Sequence record: SRR31156797_8021 | Direction: 5' to 3' (one strand) | DNA length: 54,523 nt | Part shown: positions 17,527 to 26,541 of the stretch, one piece after another | Numbering within the stretch: position 1 is the first letter of the stretch | Layout: each line of letters starts with the position of its first letter | Program-made: the position numbers and the translations under genes | Notes under the pieces: generated by a model | Database searches by the model: none | What the model was told of the DNA's origin: nothing | Seen by the model: the letters and a program-made list of their open reading frames with translations, nothing else

Positions 17527-20500
17527 ATGAATCTTACAAAATTCGCAATAGAAAAAAGTCGAATTACTTTTACTTTGTTGGCTGTGATAGTAGTATTAGG
17601 ATTAGCTCTTTACGCTTCATTACCACGAGATAGTATGCCTCCTTACACTGTAAGAGTTGCTACAATTGTTTCATCATTTCCTGGTGCAGGTCCCGAACGA
17701 GTTGAACTTTTAGTAACAGATAAAATTGAAAAAAAAGCTCAGGAAATTCCTGAGGTAAAAGAGATAAATAGTACATCAAGAACCGGGTTATCGGTAGTTA
17801 CAGTTACGTTAAAGGATGAAGTAAATCCTGATGAACTTCAAGCCATTTGGGATAAATTAAGACGCAAACTAGATGGTTTAAGAGATCTACCTCAGGGAGT
17901 TGTTCCTGATTTGGATGATGATGACATTGGAGTTGTATATGGCATTATGGTTGGATTAATCAGTGATGGTTACTCTTATTCTGAAATGAAAGAGTTTGCT
18001 GATGATTTAAGAGATGCTTTAATTAAACTTGACGATGCTGCTAAGGTAGAACTTGGTGGTGTTCAGGATGAACGGGTATTTATTGAATTCGACGAATCGC
18101 AGCTTAAAGAGTATGGATTAACCTCATCAATGCTTCAAAATACCATTGCCTCAACTAATATTTTAGATTCAGGTGGCGAAGTAGATTTGGAATCCGAAAG
18201 AATAATTCTGGAACCAACTGGAAATTATGAATCTCTTGAAGATATCAGAAATACACTTATACCAATTGGAGATGGAAGTCAGGTGGTACAATTACGAGAT
18301 ATAACCAACATTAGAAAAGGATATATTGAACCAGCCAGTTCTATTGTTCATGTTAGCGGTAAACAAGCCATCTCTTTATCCATATCGTTAATGGATGGTG
18401 CCAACATTATTAAATTGGGTGAAGACGTTAATAAGGTTATAGAAGATTGGAACAGTCGACTACCCATTGGTTTAGAAGTAAAACGTCTAACATCGCTAGA
18501 TACCTATGTAGACAACAGTATCAGTAATTTTATTGGCAACCTTATTCAATCTATTGCTATTGTACTGGTTGTAATGCTTATTTTCCTTGGCTTACGAACT
18601 GGTTTAATTATCTCAAGCTTAATTCCGATAGTTACCATTATGACTCTAATGTTGATGGGACTTATAAATATGGGGTTGAATCAGGTAACTTTGGCTGCAT
18701 TGATTATGGCTTTGGGTATGATGGTGGATAATGCCATTGTAGTTTCCGAATCGATAATGGTAAAAATGGAAAAAGGCATGAATGTGAAAGATGCCGCAGT
18801 TTCTTCTTGTTCTGAATTAATTGTTCCATTACTGATATCCACCTTAACCACCTCGGTAGCATTCCTTTCATTTTACTTGGCAGAATCAACAATGGGTGAT
18901 ATTGTAGGTCCTATATTCGTGGTTATTACGCTTGCCTTAATCTCTTCCTGGATTGTTTCGCTAACCATAATAACTATGCTATGCTTCTACTTCTTAAAAA
19001 TAAAACCAAAAGAAGAAAAGAAACCAGGTTTAATGGATAAGATTTTCGATCAATTAAAAGTTTATTATAAATCGGTAATCCTTGCTGCCTTAAATGTAAA
19101 AGGATATGTGATTATTGGTATTTTGCTATTGTTCTTTATATCATTAAAAGGATTTGGCTTGATTCCATTTATCTTCTTCCCTGATAGTGATAGAAATATG
19201 ATTACGGTTGATATCAACTTACCATTAGGAACAAAAATTGAACAAACCGAAAATGTAGTTTTACAGATCGAAAAATACATCTCCGATGAATTACTCGTTA
19301 CTGAATCTCGCGATATAGGAATTGTTGACTGGTCATCATTTGTTGGTCAGGGGCCAAGTTCCTATGATTTGGGATATTCTCAGGATGAAGCAAACTCTGG
19401 TTATGCACATATATTAGTGAACACCAGTTCTTTCGAAGAAAACAATGAAATGGTTCGCCTTTTAGATAATTTTTGCTTCTCTAATTTTCCAAATGCGGAC
19501 ATTAAAGTGTCGTTATTGGGACAAGGAGGTTCAGGCACACCTATCGAAATTAAAGTTTCCGGAAATAATCCAGATATACTTTCTGAGTTGTCTGAGCAGA
19601 TAAAATCAAAATTAACAAATGTAGCTGGAACAAAAAATGTGAAAGATGACTGGGGTCCAAAAACCAAGAAGTTTGTTATTGATATCAATCAAAATAATGC
19701 ACAATTGGCTGGAATTACCAATCAAGATATTGCAACTTCTCTTAAAACAGTTTTAGATGGGTTTAAAACTGGTGAATATCGCGAAGATGACAAAAACATT
19801 CCAATGTTACTACGTAGCTTTACCAGTCAGGATCAAAGTTACGAGACTATAGAAACCATGAATGTTTTCTCGCAAAATTCTGGTAAAAGTGTTCCTCTAT
19901 CGCAGGTGGCTAACATTGTTCCTCAGTGGCAATATGCTAAAATAAAGCGATTGGATTTGGCTAGAAGTATTAATGTATCAAGCGAATTATCAGAAGAAGG
20001 AAATGCCTCTGAGATAATGAGTGAGGTACTACCATGGCTTGATGAACAAACTAAGAATTGGCCAGTTGGTTATACCTATGAGCTAGGTGGTGATGACAAA
20101 AACACAGCCGAAAACATGGGAGCCGTAATTGCTTATTTACCATTATCCGGATTTTTAATCCTTCTTTTATTAGTGATTCAATTCAATTCGTTTAGAAAAA
20201 CCATTATGGTGGTTAGTACTATTCCTTTGGGTGTGATTGGCGTAGTTATTGGATTAATTGTGCTTCGCTCCTATTTTGGTTTTATGGCTTTCTTAGGTGT
20301 AATTTCATTAGCCGGAATTGTAATTAACAATGCCATAGTCCTCATCGATCGGATAGAGATTGAACTCAACGAGTTGAAACGAACACCACAGGATGCTGTA
20401 ATTGCAGCCTGCTTACAACGTTTCAGACCAATATTGCTTACTACATTTACAACTTCATTGGGACTTCTACCACTTTACTTAGGCGGAGGATTAATGTGGG

Positions 20501-20640
20501 AGCCAATGGCTGCTTCAATCATGATTGGATTGCTATTTGGTACCATCATCACTTTGGTCTTTATTCCTGCATTGTACAGTGTTTTCTATAAAGTAAATTA
20601 CAAAGGTTATCAATTCAACGAAAGCTTACTCGAAGAATAA
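17527..20640 (+). CDS. RND efflux permease (AcrB/AcrD/AcrF family)
   Basis: 1037 aa with two large periplasmic loops, GMMVDNAIVV and RFRPILLTT motifs. Confidence 0.96.
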   Translation: MNLTKFAIEKSRITFTLLAVIVVLGLALYASLPRDSMPPYTVRVATIVSSFPGAGPERVELLVTDKIEKKAQEIPEVKEINSTSRTGLSVVTVTLKDEVNPDELQAIWDKLRRKLDGLRDLPQGVVPDLDDDDIGVVYGIMVGLISDGYSYSEMKEFADDLRDALIKLDDAAKVELGGVQDERVFIEFDESQLKEYGLTSSMLQNTIASTNILDSGGEVDLESERIILEPTGNYESLEDIRNTLIPIGDGSQVVQLRDITNIRKGYIEPASSIVHVSGKQAISLSISLMDGANIIKLGEDVNKVIEDWNSRLPIGLEVKRLTSLDTYVDNSISNFIGNLIQSIAIVLVVMLIFLGLRTGLIISSLIPIVTIMTLMLMGLINMGLNQVTLAALIMALGMMVDNAIVVSESIMVKMEKGMNVKDAAVSSCSELIVPLLISTLTTSVAFLSFYLAESTMGDIVGPIFVVITLALISSWIVSLTIITMLCFYFLKIKPKEEKKPGLMDKIFDQLKVYYKSVILAALNVKGYVIIGILLLFFISLKGFGLIPFIFFPDSDRNMITVDINLPLGTKIEQTENVVLQIEKYISDELLVTESRDIGIVDWSSFVGQGPSSYDLGYSQDEANSGYAHILVNTSSFEENNEMVRLLDNFCFSNFPNADIKVSLLGQGGSGTPIEIKVSGNNPDILSELSEQIKSKLTNVAGTKNVKDDWGPKTKKFVIDINQNNAQLAGITNQDIATSLKTVLDGFKTGEYREDDKNIPMLLRSFTSQDQSYETIETMNVFSQNSGKSVPLSQVANIVPQWQYAKIKRLDLARSINVSSELSEEGNASEIMSEVLPWLDEQTKNWPVGYTYELGGDDKNTAENMGAVIAYLPLSGFLILLLLVIQFNSFRKTIMVVSTIPLGVIGVVIGLIVLRSYFGFMAFLGVISLAGIVINNAIVLIDRIEIELNELKRTPQDAVIAACLQRFRPILLTTFTTSLGLLPLYLGGGLMWEPMAASIMIGLLFGTIITLVFIPALYSVFYKVNYKGYQFNESLLEE

Positions 20641-20658
20641 AAAATTACTTTCTTATTT

Positions 20659-20693
20659 AAAAGCGGAATACGATAGTCGTATTCCGCTTTTTT
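20659..20693 (+). terminator. Intrinsic terminator of the RND operon
   Basis: AAAAGCGGAATACGA-TAG-TCGTATTCCGCTTTTTT. Confidence 0.88.
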
Positions 20694-20696
20694 CAT

Positions 20697-20716
20697 TTAA
20701 CAAATCAATAACAAGA
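20697..20716 (+). promoter_or_regulatory. Direct-repeat operator, second copy
   Basis: TTAACAAATCAATAACAAGA, 18/20 identical to 7937-7956. Confidence 0.5.
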
Positions 20717-20781
20717 TCTTCATTCCTTTTTCGATCAATAGTGGTATATTTAATACTTATTAGTCTTTTATACACAACATC

Positions 20782-21264
20782 ATGATAGCAAAACGTTTAA
20801 TTGTACTTTTCCTTATATTATTCGTCTCGAAAATTCTATTTTCTCAGGAAATCGAAACTGTTGATTTTAAAGAATTAGAACCAAGGTTTCATTACTCAAA
20901 TGACTCAACTTACGTGATTAATTTTTGGGCAATGTGGTGTAAACCTTGCGTTGAAGAACTACCGGAATTTGAACACATTCGAAAAGCATATCAGAATAAA
21001 AAAGTAAAAATTTTATTGGTAAGCCTTGATTTTGGTTCGAATGTAGAGAAACGTTTGGCGAAATTCCTCAATAAAAAAGGGATACATGCCGAAGTATTAT
21101 TACTAGACGATCCTGACGCCAACAGTTGGATTGGTAAAGTGAACAAAGATTGGGATGGTGCTTTACCTGCTACTGTAATCTATAAGAAAGACAAAGAAAA
21201 ATTCTTTGCCCGCAAAATAAGCTATTCCGAACTTGCGGAAACTATTGATCAAATAAGTAATTAA
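20782..21264 (+). CDS. TlpA/ResA-like thiol-disulfide oxidoreductase
   Basis: Signal peptide, INFWAMWCKPCVEELP and GALPAT motifs. Confidence 0.92.
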   Translation: MIAKRLIVLFLILFVSKILFSQEIETVDFKELEPRFHYSNDSTYVINFWAMWCKPCVEELPEFEHIRKAYQNKKVKILLVSLDFGSNVEKRLAKFLNKKGIHAEVLLLDDPDANSWIGKVNKDWDGALPATVIYKKDKEKFFARKISYSELAETIDQISN

Positions 21265-21283
21265 ACCATTAAATTTAAAAAAG

Positions 21284-21883
21284 ATGAAAAAGTTATTCTC
21301 AATGGCATTTATAGTGCTAACAGTACTTGTAGTCCAGGCGCAAGGATACGAGGTGGGTGATGCAGCCACCGATTTTAATCTGAAAAATGTAGATGGTAAA
21401 CAAGTTTCATTGGCTAATTACAAAGATGCCAAAGGATTTGTAGTTATTTTTACCTGTAACCATTGTCCGTACGCTGTTGCCTATGAAGACAGAATTATTG
21501 CAATAGACAAGAAATACAAAAAATTAGGTTTTCCTGTAATCGCAATTAATCCAAACGATCCTGAAGTGGTTCCCGGCGATTCTTTTGATGGGATGAAAAA
21601 ACGTGCTGAAGAGAAAGGCTTCACGTTCCCATATCTTTTTGATGCAAAACAAGAAGTTTACAAAAACTTTGGAGCCACTAAAACTCCACATGTCTACATT
21701 TTAAGTAAAAAAGGTACTTATCTTACAGTAGAGTATATTGGTACGATTGATAACAATTACAAAGATGAATCGAAAGTAAGCACACGCTATGTTGAAGATG
21801 CAATTAAAGCCTTAATGAATAATAAAAAGCCTACAGTTACATATACTAAGGCAATTGGATGTTCAATTAAAACAAAAGGATAA
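21284..21883 (+). CDS. Exported thioredoxin/AhpC-TSA (PRX-like) family protein
   Basis: Signal peptide, FTCNHCPY, AINPND, GATKTP and AIGCSIK motifs. Confidence 0.92.
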   Translation: MKKLFSMAFIVLTVLVVQAQGYEVGDAATDFNLKNVDGKQVSLANYKDAKGFVVIFTCNHCPYAVAYEDRIIAIDKKYKKLGFPVIAINPNDPEVVPGDSFDGMKKRAEEKGFTFPYLFDAKQEVYKNFGATKTPHVYILSKKGTYLTVEYIGTIDNNYKDESKVSTRYVEDAIKALMNNKKPTVTYTKAIGCSIKTKG

Positions 21884-21898
21884 ATTAAATATCAAATT

Positions 21899-21934
21899 AA
21901 AAGCTCCAGAAATCAATTGATACCTGGAGCTTTT
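21899..21934. terminator. Bidirectional intrinsic terminator
   Basis: AAAAGCTCCAG...CTGGAGCTTTT between convergent genes. Confidence 0.8.
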
Positions 21935-21955
21935 GATTTATTAGATATACTATTA

Positions 21956-22903
21956 TCACTCAGCAATTTTTAAGGATAATTTTCCAACCACTCTACCCGA
22001 TTCACTATATTGATGAGCCTCTGCTACTTTAGCAATATCGTAGCTTTTATCAATATATGTTTTTATCAAACCGTCATCAACTAAATCAGCTAGAAATTCC
22101 AAATCTTTCTTACTCTCCTGAACAAATATTTTCTTCATTTTTCGGGAACTTACCATATTGTGTATCGATCCCAACAAAAGAATATTAAAAGATGGTAAAG
22201 TAGTAACATACACACCTCCTCGCTGCAACAAGTGCTTAACACTTGAATATTCAGAATTGCCTACCACATCGAAAAAAATATCAAATTCTTCCTGAATATC
22301 AAGAATGTTTTCCTTTTTATAATCAATTACTCTATCCGCACCCAATTCATTGGCAAACTCAATATTTCTTTCGCTGCAAACACCAGTTACTTTACACTCA
22401 AAAGCCTTAGCCAACTGTAAAGCGAAAGAGCCAACTCCACCAGAACATCCATTAATCATTATATTCATGCCCTTTTTTATCTGTCCCATATTTCGAAGAG
22501 CCTGTAAAGCAGTTAATCCTGCTAAAGGTAAAGTGGCAGCTTCCTCGAAATTCATTTTTTGTGGTTTTAAGGCAATGTGATCCTCCGAGGTAGCAACATA
22601 CTCGGCATAAGCGCCATTCTTTATAATATCAACCTTACCATATACCTCATCGCCAACACGGTAAAATTTAACTTTTTTTCCTACTTCGAGGATTCTACCC
22701 GAAATATCACCCCCTAAAACGCAAGGTAACTTCTTACGCATAAACAGCTTCAACATTCCTTTTCTGATTTTCCAATCAACAGGATTCACCGATGAAGCAT
22801 ACACTTCTACCAGAACTTGATTGTCTTTTATTTTAGGTCTATCCAAGTTGATCAACTCCAAAACATCCGGAGCGCCATATTTTCTCATTATAACTGCTTT
22901 CAT
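21956..22903 (-). CDS. NAD(P)-dependent medium-chain oxidoreductase (quinone oxidoreductase/ADH-like)
   Basis: SVNPVDWK, LPLAGLTALQAL and INGCSGGVG motifs. Confidence 0.92.
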   Translation of the reverse strand: MKAVIMRKYGAPDVLELINLDRPKIKDNQVLVEVYASSVNPVDWKIRKGMLKLFMRKKLPCVLGGDISGRILEVGKKVKFYRVGDEVYGKVDIIKNGAYAEYVATSEDHIALKPQKMNFEEAATLPLAGLTALQALRNMGQIKKGMNIMINGCSGGVGSFALQLAKAFECKVTGVCSERNIEFANELGADRVIDYKKENILDIQEEFDIFFDVVGNSEYSSVKHLLQRGGVYVTTLPSFNILLLGSIHNMVSSRKMKKIFVQESKKDLEFLADLVDDGLIKTYIDKSYDIAKVAEAHQYSESGRVVGKLSLKIAE

Positions 22904-23009
22904 AGTAGGTGCATTCTATTAGTTAAGGCTTATTCCTTTACTCATCCACTAATCAAGTTACAACAAGTTTAACTCAAATTCAAGCGATCGAAATTGCTAG
23001 TAAAATTAG

Positions 23010-23723
23010 TTATGGTTGTATTCTAAAGCTAATTTCAACGCTGTCATTCAATTCAATTGCATCAGGATTGGTAAAAGATTGATCTCCTCCTCTACCTGCT
23101 TTTGCAACGCGCATTTCGGTCATGTACTGTTTTGGTCCAGATACAAAATCAGAAGTCCCATAATTAATGTTCACAATCTGTCCCAACTTGCTTTCCGAAG
23201 CTTCTGTAATCATTATAGCTTTAGATTTGGCATCGGCAACTGCAGCTTTTATTAATTTACTTTCTACTGATTTAATCAATTCTGGACTTAATCCATAAGA
23301 TGCTTGATAATTTATTTCAACGTCGGCAGTTTTTAATATTTCCAGACATTCATGAATGATTTTAGGTTTGGCACTCAACTGAAGCTTTAAATTATACGTT
23401 GCACGATATCCATCAGGCACTGATTTACCCCCAGAATATGTTTTTTCTTCCTTTACTCTTTGACCTACATCCTGAATTTCCAGGCTTTGAATAGTAGCCA
23501 TTTTAAGAGCTTTTTTCAATCGATTAACAGCGTCCGAATTCTTTTCAATACAATCAGCATATTCCGATGCCTTATTACTAACTGTAATTGAAATATTCAT
23601 GATATCAGGCAACTGAAACAGTTTACTTTCACCTTTAACATTAAGACTTGCAGGTAAATTTTGTGCAAAAGTAGCAGTCACAACACTACACATTAGGAAT
23701 AGGATAAATACAATCTTCTTCAT
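23010..23723 (-). CDS. SIMPL/DUF541-family periplasmic protein
   Basis: Signal peptide, LNVKGES..PD and AAVADAKSKA...LGQIVNI motifs. Confidence 0.85.
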   Translation of the reverse strand: MKKIVFILFLMCSVVTATFAQNLPASLNVKGESKLFQLPDIMNISITVSNKASEYADCIEKNSDAVNRLKKALKMATIQSLEIQDVGQRVKEEKTYSGGKSVPDGYRATYNLKLQLSAKPKIIHECLEILKTADVEINYQASYGLSPELIKSVESKLIKAAVADAKSKAIMITEASESKLGQIVNINYGTSDFVSGPKQYMTEMRVAKAGRGGDQSFTNPDAIELNDSVEISFRIQP

Positions 23724-23795
23724 TGGTTTATTTTTTTCTTATTAGTCTAATTATTGAATCTCAACAGATTACTTTAGTAATAAAATGTGGTGATA

Positions 23796-23833
23796 AAAAA
23801 AGATACACAATAAAAGACTATTGTATCTTTTTT
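23796..23833. repeat. 12-bp inverted repeat (operator or weak terminator)
   Basis: AAAAAAGATACA-N14-TGTATCTTTTTT. Confidence 0.55.
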
Positions 23834-23846
23834 AATTATCTTGCGC

Positions 23847-23945
23847 CCTCTTTTAAACCATCACGTTAGTTTAAAAAAGATATCACAACTAGATTTCACG
23901 TTAATTATCAGAAAGAGGCTCTCATTACAACGGGAGCCTCTTTTA
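23847..23945 (+). ncRNA. Candidate small RNA
   Basis: -7-like TATCTTGC at 23837-23844, a hairpin with TCACGTTA in the loop, a second TCACGTTA, and a plus-strand-favoured terminator. No plus-strand gene here. Confidence 0.35.
23912..23945. terminator. Intrinsic terminator (better formed on the plus strand)
   Basis: AAAGAGGCTCTC-N8-GGGAGCCTCTTTTT. The G-U pair and longer U tail are on the plus strand. Confidence 0.8.
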
Positions 23946-23946
23946 T

Positions 23947-24522
23947 TTATTTCATCATTTTGTTCCAATCTCCGCAGAAAAGTAAGGAATCTAAATCTTT
24001 TCTATCTCGTACCGACGATTCCATTTCACGCATGCTTTCAGGCAATATTTCTGCATTCCCCTTATAACCAACTGCAATCATGGTAACAATATCAAATTCA
24101 TCGGGAACTTCAAATAACTCTCTAGCTTTGTCTGGCGAGAAACCCGCCATTTGGTGCAAGTACAAATTCATGCTTGCAGCTTGTGCCGACATATTTCCTA
24201 TAGCCAGACCTAAGTCATGTCTAGCATGTGCATTCGCTTTACCATTTTTTGCAAAATTCTTTGCTGCCAAAGTCAAAATAATCATTGGAGCAGTTTTCAC
24301 CCATATTTGGTTGAACTCACCAAGACAGGACATCAATTGCTCATAACGCTCGGGATAACTTTTTGTACCGTAAATAAAACGCCAGGGCTGTTCATTAAAA
24401 CAAGATGCCGCATATGATGCTGCCAAAAACAACTTCTCTACCTTCTCTTTTTCAATCTCTTTATCAGCAAAAGCTCTGGGACTCCATCTTTTTTCGATTA
24501 GTTCATGAATTTTTTCTGCCAT
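23947..24522 (-). CDS. Nitroreductase family protein
   Basis: RWSPRAF, SCFNEQPWRF, HQMAGF and AVGY motifs. ATG at 24522 is preferred over the upstream TTG. Confidence 0.93.
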   Translation of the reverse strand: MAEKIHELIEKRWSPRAFADKEIEKEKVEKLFLAASYAASCFNEQPWRFIYGTKSYPERYEQLMSCLGEFNQIWVKTAPMIILTLAAKNFAKNGKANAHARHDLGLAIGNMSAQAASMNLYLHQMAGFSPDKARELFEVPDEFDIVTMIAVGYKGNAEILPESMREMESSVRDRKDLDSLLFCGDWNKMMK

Positions 24523-24547
24523 ATGAATTGGTTTAAAGTATATAAGA

Positions 24548-24614
24548 CAAATATCAAATTCCAATCTCCAAAAATCAAATAATTTAAGTTTTGACTATTG
24601 CGATTTTGAGTTTG
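24548..24614. repeat. Degenerate 7-bp tandem repeats arranged as an imperfect inverted repeat
   Basis: CAAATAT CAAATTC CAATCTC CAAAAAT CAAATAA, then TTG recurring about every 7 nt. Confidence 0.5.
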
Positions 24615-24671
24615 CTAATGAATATAGCTTTTTTTTAACAATTATTAAGGACTAACTAGTATTTTATTCTA

Positions 24672-24679
24672 TATATTTG
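24672..24679 (+). promoter_or_regulatory. Bacteroidota -7 box
   Basis: TATATTTG, 41 nt upstream of ATG 24721. Confidence 0.55.
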
Positions 24680-24720
24680 GGGCTGATTCTAAATCAATTA
24701 TACAAAACTTAAAGATTAGA

Positions 24721-25986
24721 ATGAGAGCGAGTGTTTTTTTATTGATACCTCTGTTACTATTTATGTTGCTGGTAGACATTTATACCTATCGTGGCGTAAA
24801 ACCTCTGATTGCAAGAATTAAGAATTTTATTGCAAGACAATCATTAACAATTATATTTTGGGGAATATCTGCTTTTATATTTGCGGCTTTTGCTGTTTTC
24901 ATGTTTGGCATTAAGCACGTACAAAAATCGGATGCATACATCTATACCGGTTATCTGGTAGCAGGTTTTGCTTTATTTTATTTTCCAAAATTTGTATTCA
25001 TACTTTTCGTCTTAATAAGGGATATACAAGGGGCGATATTGAGAACCACAAAATGGTTCAGTGAGAGAAAGAACAAAAGTGTTCCACAATTTAATGCGAC
25101 AAGAAAAATGGAGAGATCCGAATTTTTGTATCAAATGGGTTTGTTCCTAGCAGCAATTCCATTTGCATCCATTTTATATGGAGTAACCAAAGGCAAGTTT
25201 AATTACAGGGTGATGCGTGAAAGTATACGTTTTGATCACCTACCAAAATCATTCAAAGGATTAAAAATTGTTCAAATATCAGATATGCATTTGGGCAGTT
25301 TCAATAAAAATTTCGAAAAAATAGAAAAGGCAGTCGAGCTGATAAATGAACAGAAACCAGACTTGATTCTGTTTACAGGCGATTTGGTAAATAACTTTGC
25401 CGAAGAAACCAATGGGTGGGCTCCTGTATTGGCAAAAATGAAAGCCAATATTGGTAAATATTCTGTTCTGGGCAATCATGATTACGGCGATTACTCTCAT
25501 TGGAAATCACCAGAGGATAAAGCTAAAAACCTTGCAGCTATAAAATATTTCCATAAAGAAATGGGTTTCCGCTTATTACTAAACGAAACAGAAACCATTA
25601 ACATTAATGGAGAAGAAATTGCGTTAGTTGGTGTTGAGAATTGGGGTAAACCTCCTTTTCCTCAGCATGGCGATCTAAATAAGGCTACTAATGGGGCAAA
25701 TCAGCCTTTTAAAATATTAATGAGTCACGATCCTTCGCACTGGGACGAAGAGGTGATCAAAAATAGTAATATTGATCTTACCTTTGCAGGGCACACGCAT
25801 GGTATGCAGTTCGGAATTGAGCGAGCTGGTATAAAATGGAGTCCGGTTCAGTACAAGTATCCACGCTGGGGCGGATTGTACCAGGAAGGTGAACAATACC
25901 TGTATGTAAACCGCGGATTTGGATACATTGGCTTTCCAGGCAGAATTGGAATGCCACCCGAAATCACGGTGGTGGAATTGGCATAA
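24721..25986 (+). CDS. Membrane-anchored metallophosphoesterase (YkuE-like)
   Basis: N-terminal TMs, then DMH, GDLVN, GNHD, SHDP and GHTHG calcineurin-like motifs. Confidence 0.93.
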   Translation: MRASVFLLIPLLLFMLLVDIYTYRGVKPLIARIKNFIARQSLTIIFWGISAFIFAAFAVFMFGIKHVQKSDAYIYTGYLVAGFALFYFPKFVFILFVLIRDIQGAILRTTKWFSERKNKSVPQFNATRKMERSEFLYQMGLFLAAIPFASILYGVTKGKFNYRVMRESIRFDHLPKSFKGLKIVQISDMHLGSFNKNFEKIEKAVELINEQKPDLILFTGDLVNNFAEETNGWAPVLAKMKANIGKYSVLGNHDYGDYSHWKSPEDKAKNLAAIKYFHKEMGFRLLLNETETININGEEIALVGVENWGKPPFPQHGDLNKATNGANQPFKILMSHDPSHWDEEVIKNSNIDLTFAGHTHGMQFGIERAGIKWSPVQYKYPRWGGLYQEGEQYLYVNRGFGYIGFPGRIGMPPEITVVELA

Positions 25987-26001
25987 ATAAAAACACATAT
26001 T

Positions 26002-26032
26002 GTAAGGACATGCCATGGCATGTCCTTTTTTT
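26002..26032 (+). repeat. REP-like palindrome doubling as terminator
   Basis: GT-AAGGACATGCCATGGCATGTCCTT-TTTTT, a perfect 24-bp palindrome resembling GTAG-type REP elements. Confidence 0.65.
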
Positions 26033-26143
26033 ATGAATGTGCACTGTAAAGTCACAAAATTTTGTGTCTCAACGATCAAAACATAGGAATGGTACTATAT
26101 TCTTGCATTCACAGTGCAGTATTATATCATGTTGATGCCACTA

Positions 26144-26353
26144 TATCACTCACAAGATTACCTCTCTCAATTTTGTAAGACATCAAATCACACGAAAGAA
26201 TACTTCTTGCAAAATTGTAAGGCACCAAATCATTCACAAAAATGCTTCTCGCAGATTTGCAAGACACCAAATCACTTGCAAGAATACCTCTCACACACTT
26301 GCGAGACACAAAATCACTCACAAAATTAACCCTATCAGACTTGCGAGAAGCTA
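26144..26353. repeat. Five degenerate 42-bp tandem repeats
   Basis: Units start at 26144, 26186, 26228, 26270 and 26312. Consensus is about AATCACTCRCAAGAATACYTCTCGCAGAYTTGCRAGACACCA. Confidence 0.9.
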
Positions 26354-26541
26354 GCTTGTGAAATACCTTCTTAAAATTAAAATTGTTATTTCAACTGCTT
26401 ATTTTTAAAGATGATCAATTAACATATCGTGTTTTACTGTTATGGTTTTATGATTATATTTAGGGTAATAAAAATATAATAGTTTACTAATGATATTTAT
26501 TTAAATGCATTCGAAACATCTAGATTTTAATAATAGAAATC

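Noticed and set aside
23841-24086. 81-aa plus-strand ORF
   Set aside because: TTG start, crosses a terminator and overlaps the nitroreductase antisense. No protein-like features.
24523-24564. N-terminal extension of the nitroreductase from TTG 24564
   Set aside because: The extension runs into the heptamer repeat, and family-like sequence starts at ATG 24522.
26114-26329. 71-aa (plus) and 64-aa (minus) ORFs over the repeat array as real genes
   Set aside because: Weak starts, and openness is explained by the 42-bp period. The fifth unit keeps the DNA motif past an in-frame stop. Kept only as an alternative in the finding.
26144-26353. CRISPR array interpretation of the 42-bp repeats
   Set aside because: Units are contiguous and similar along their whole length, with no unique spacers and no cas genes in the window.
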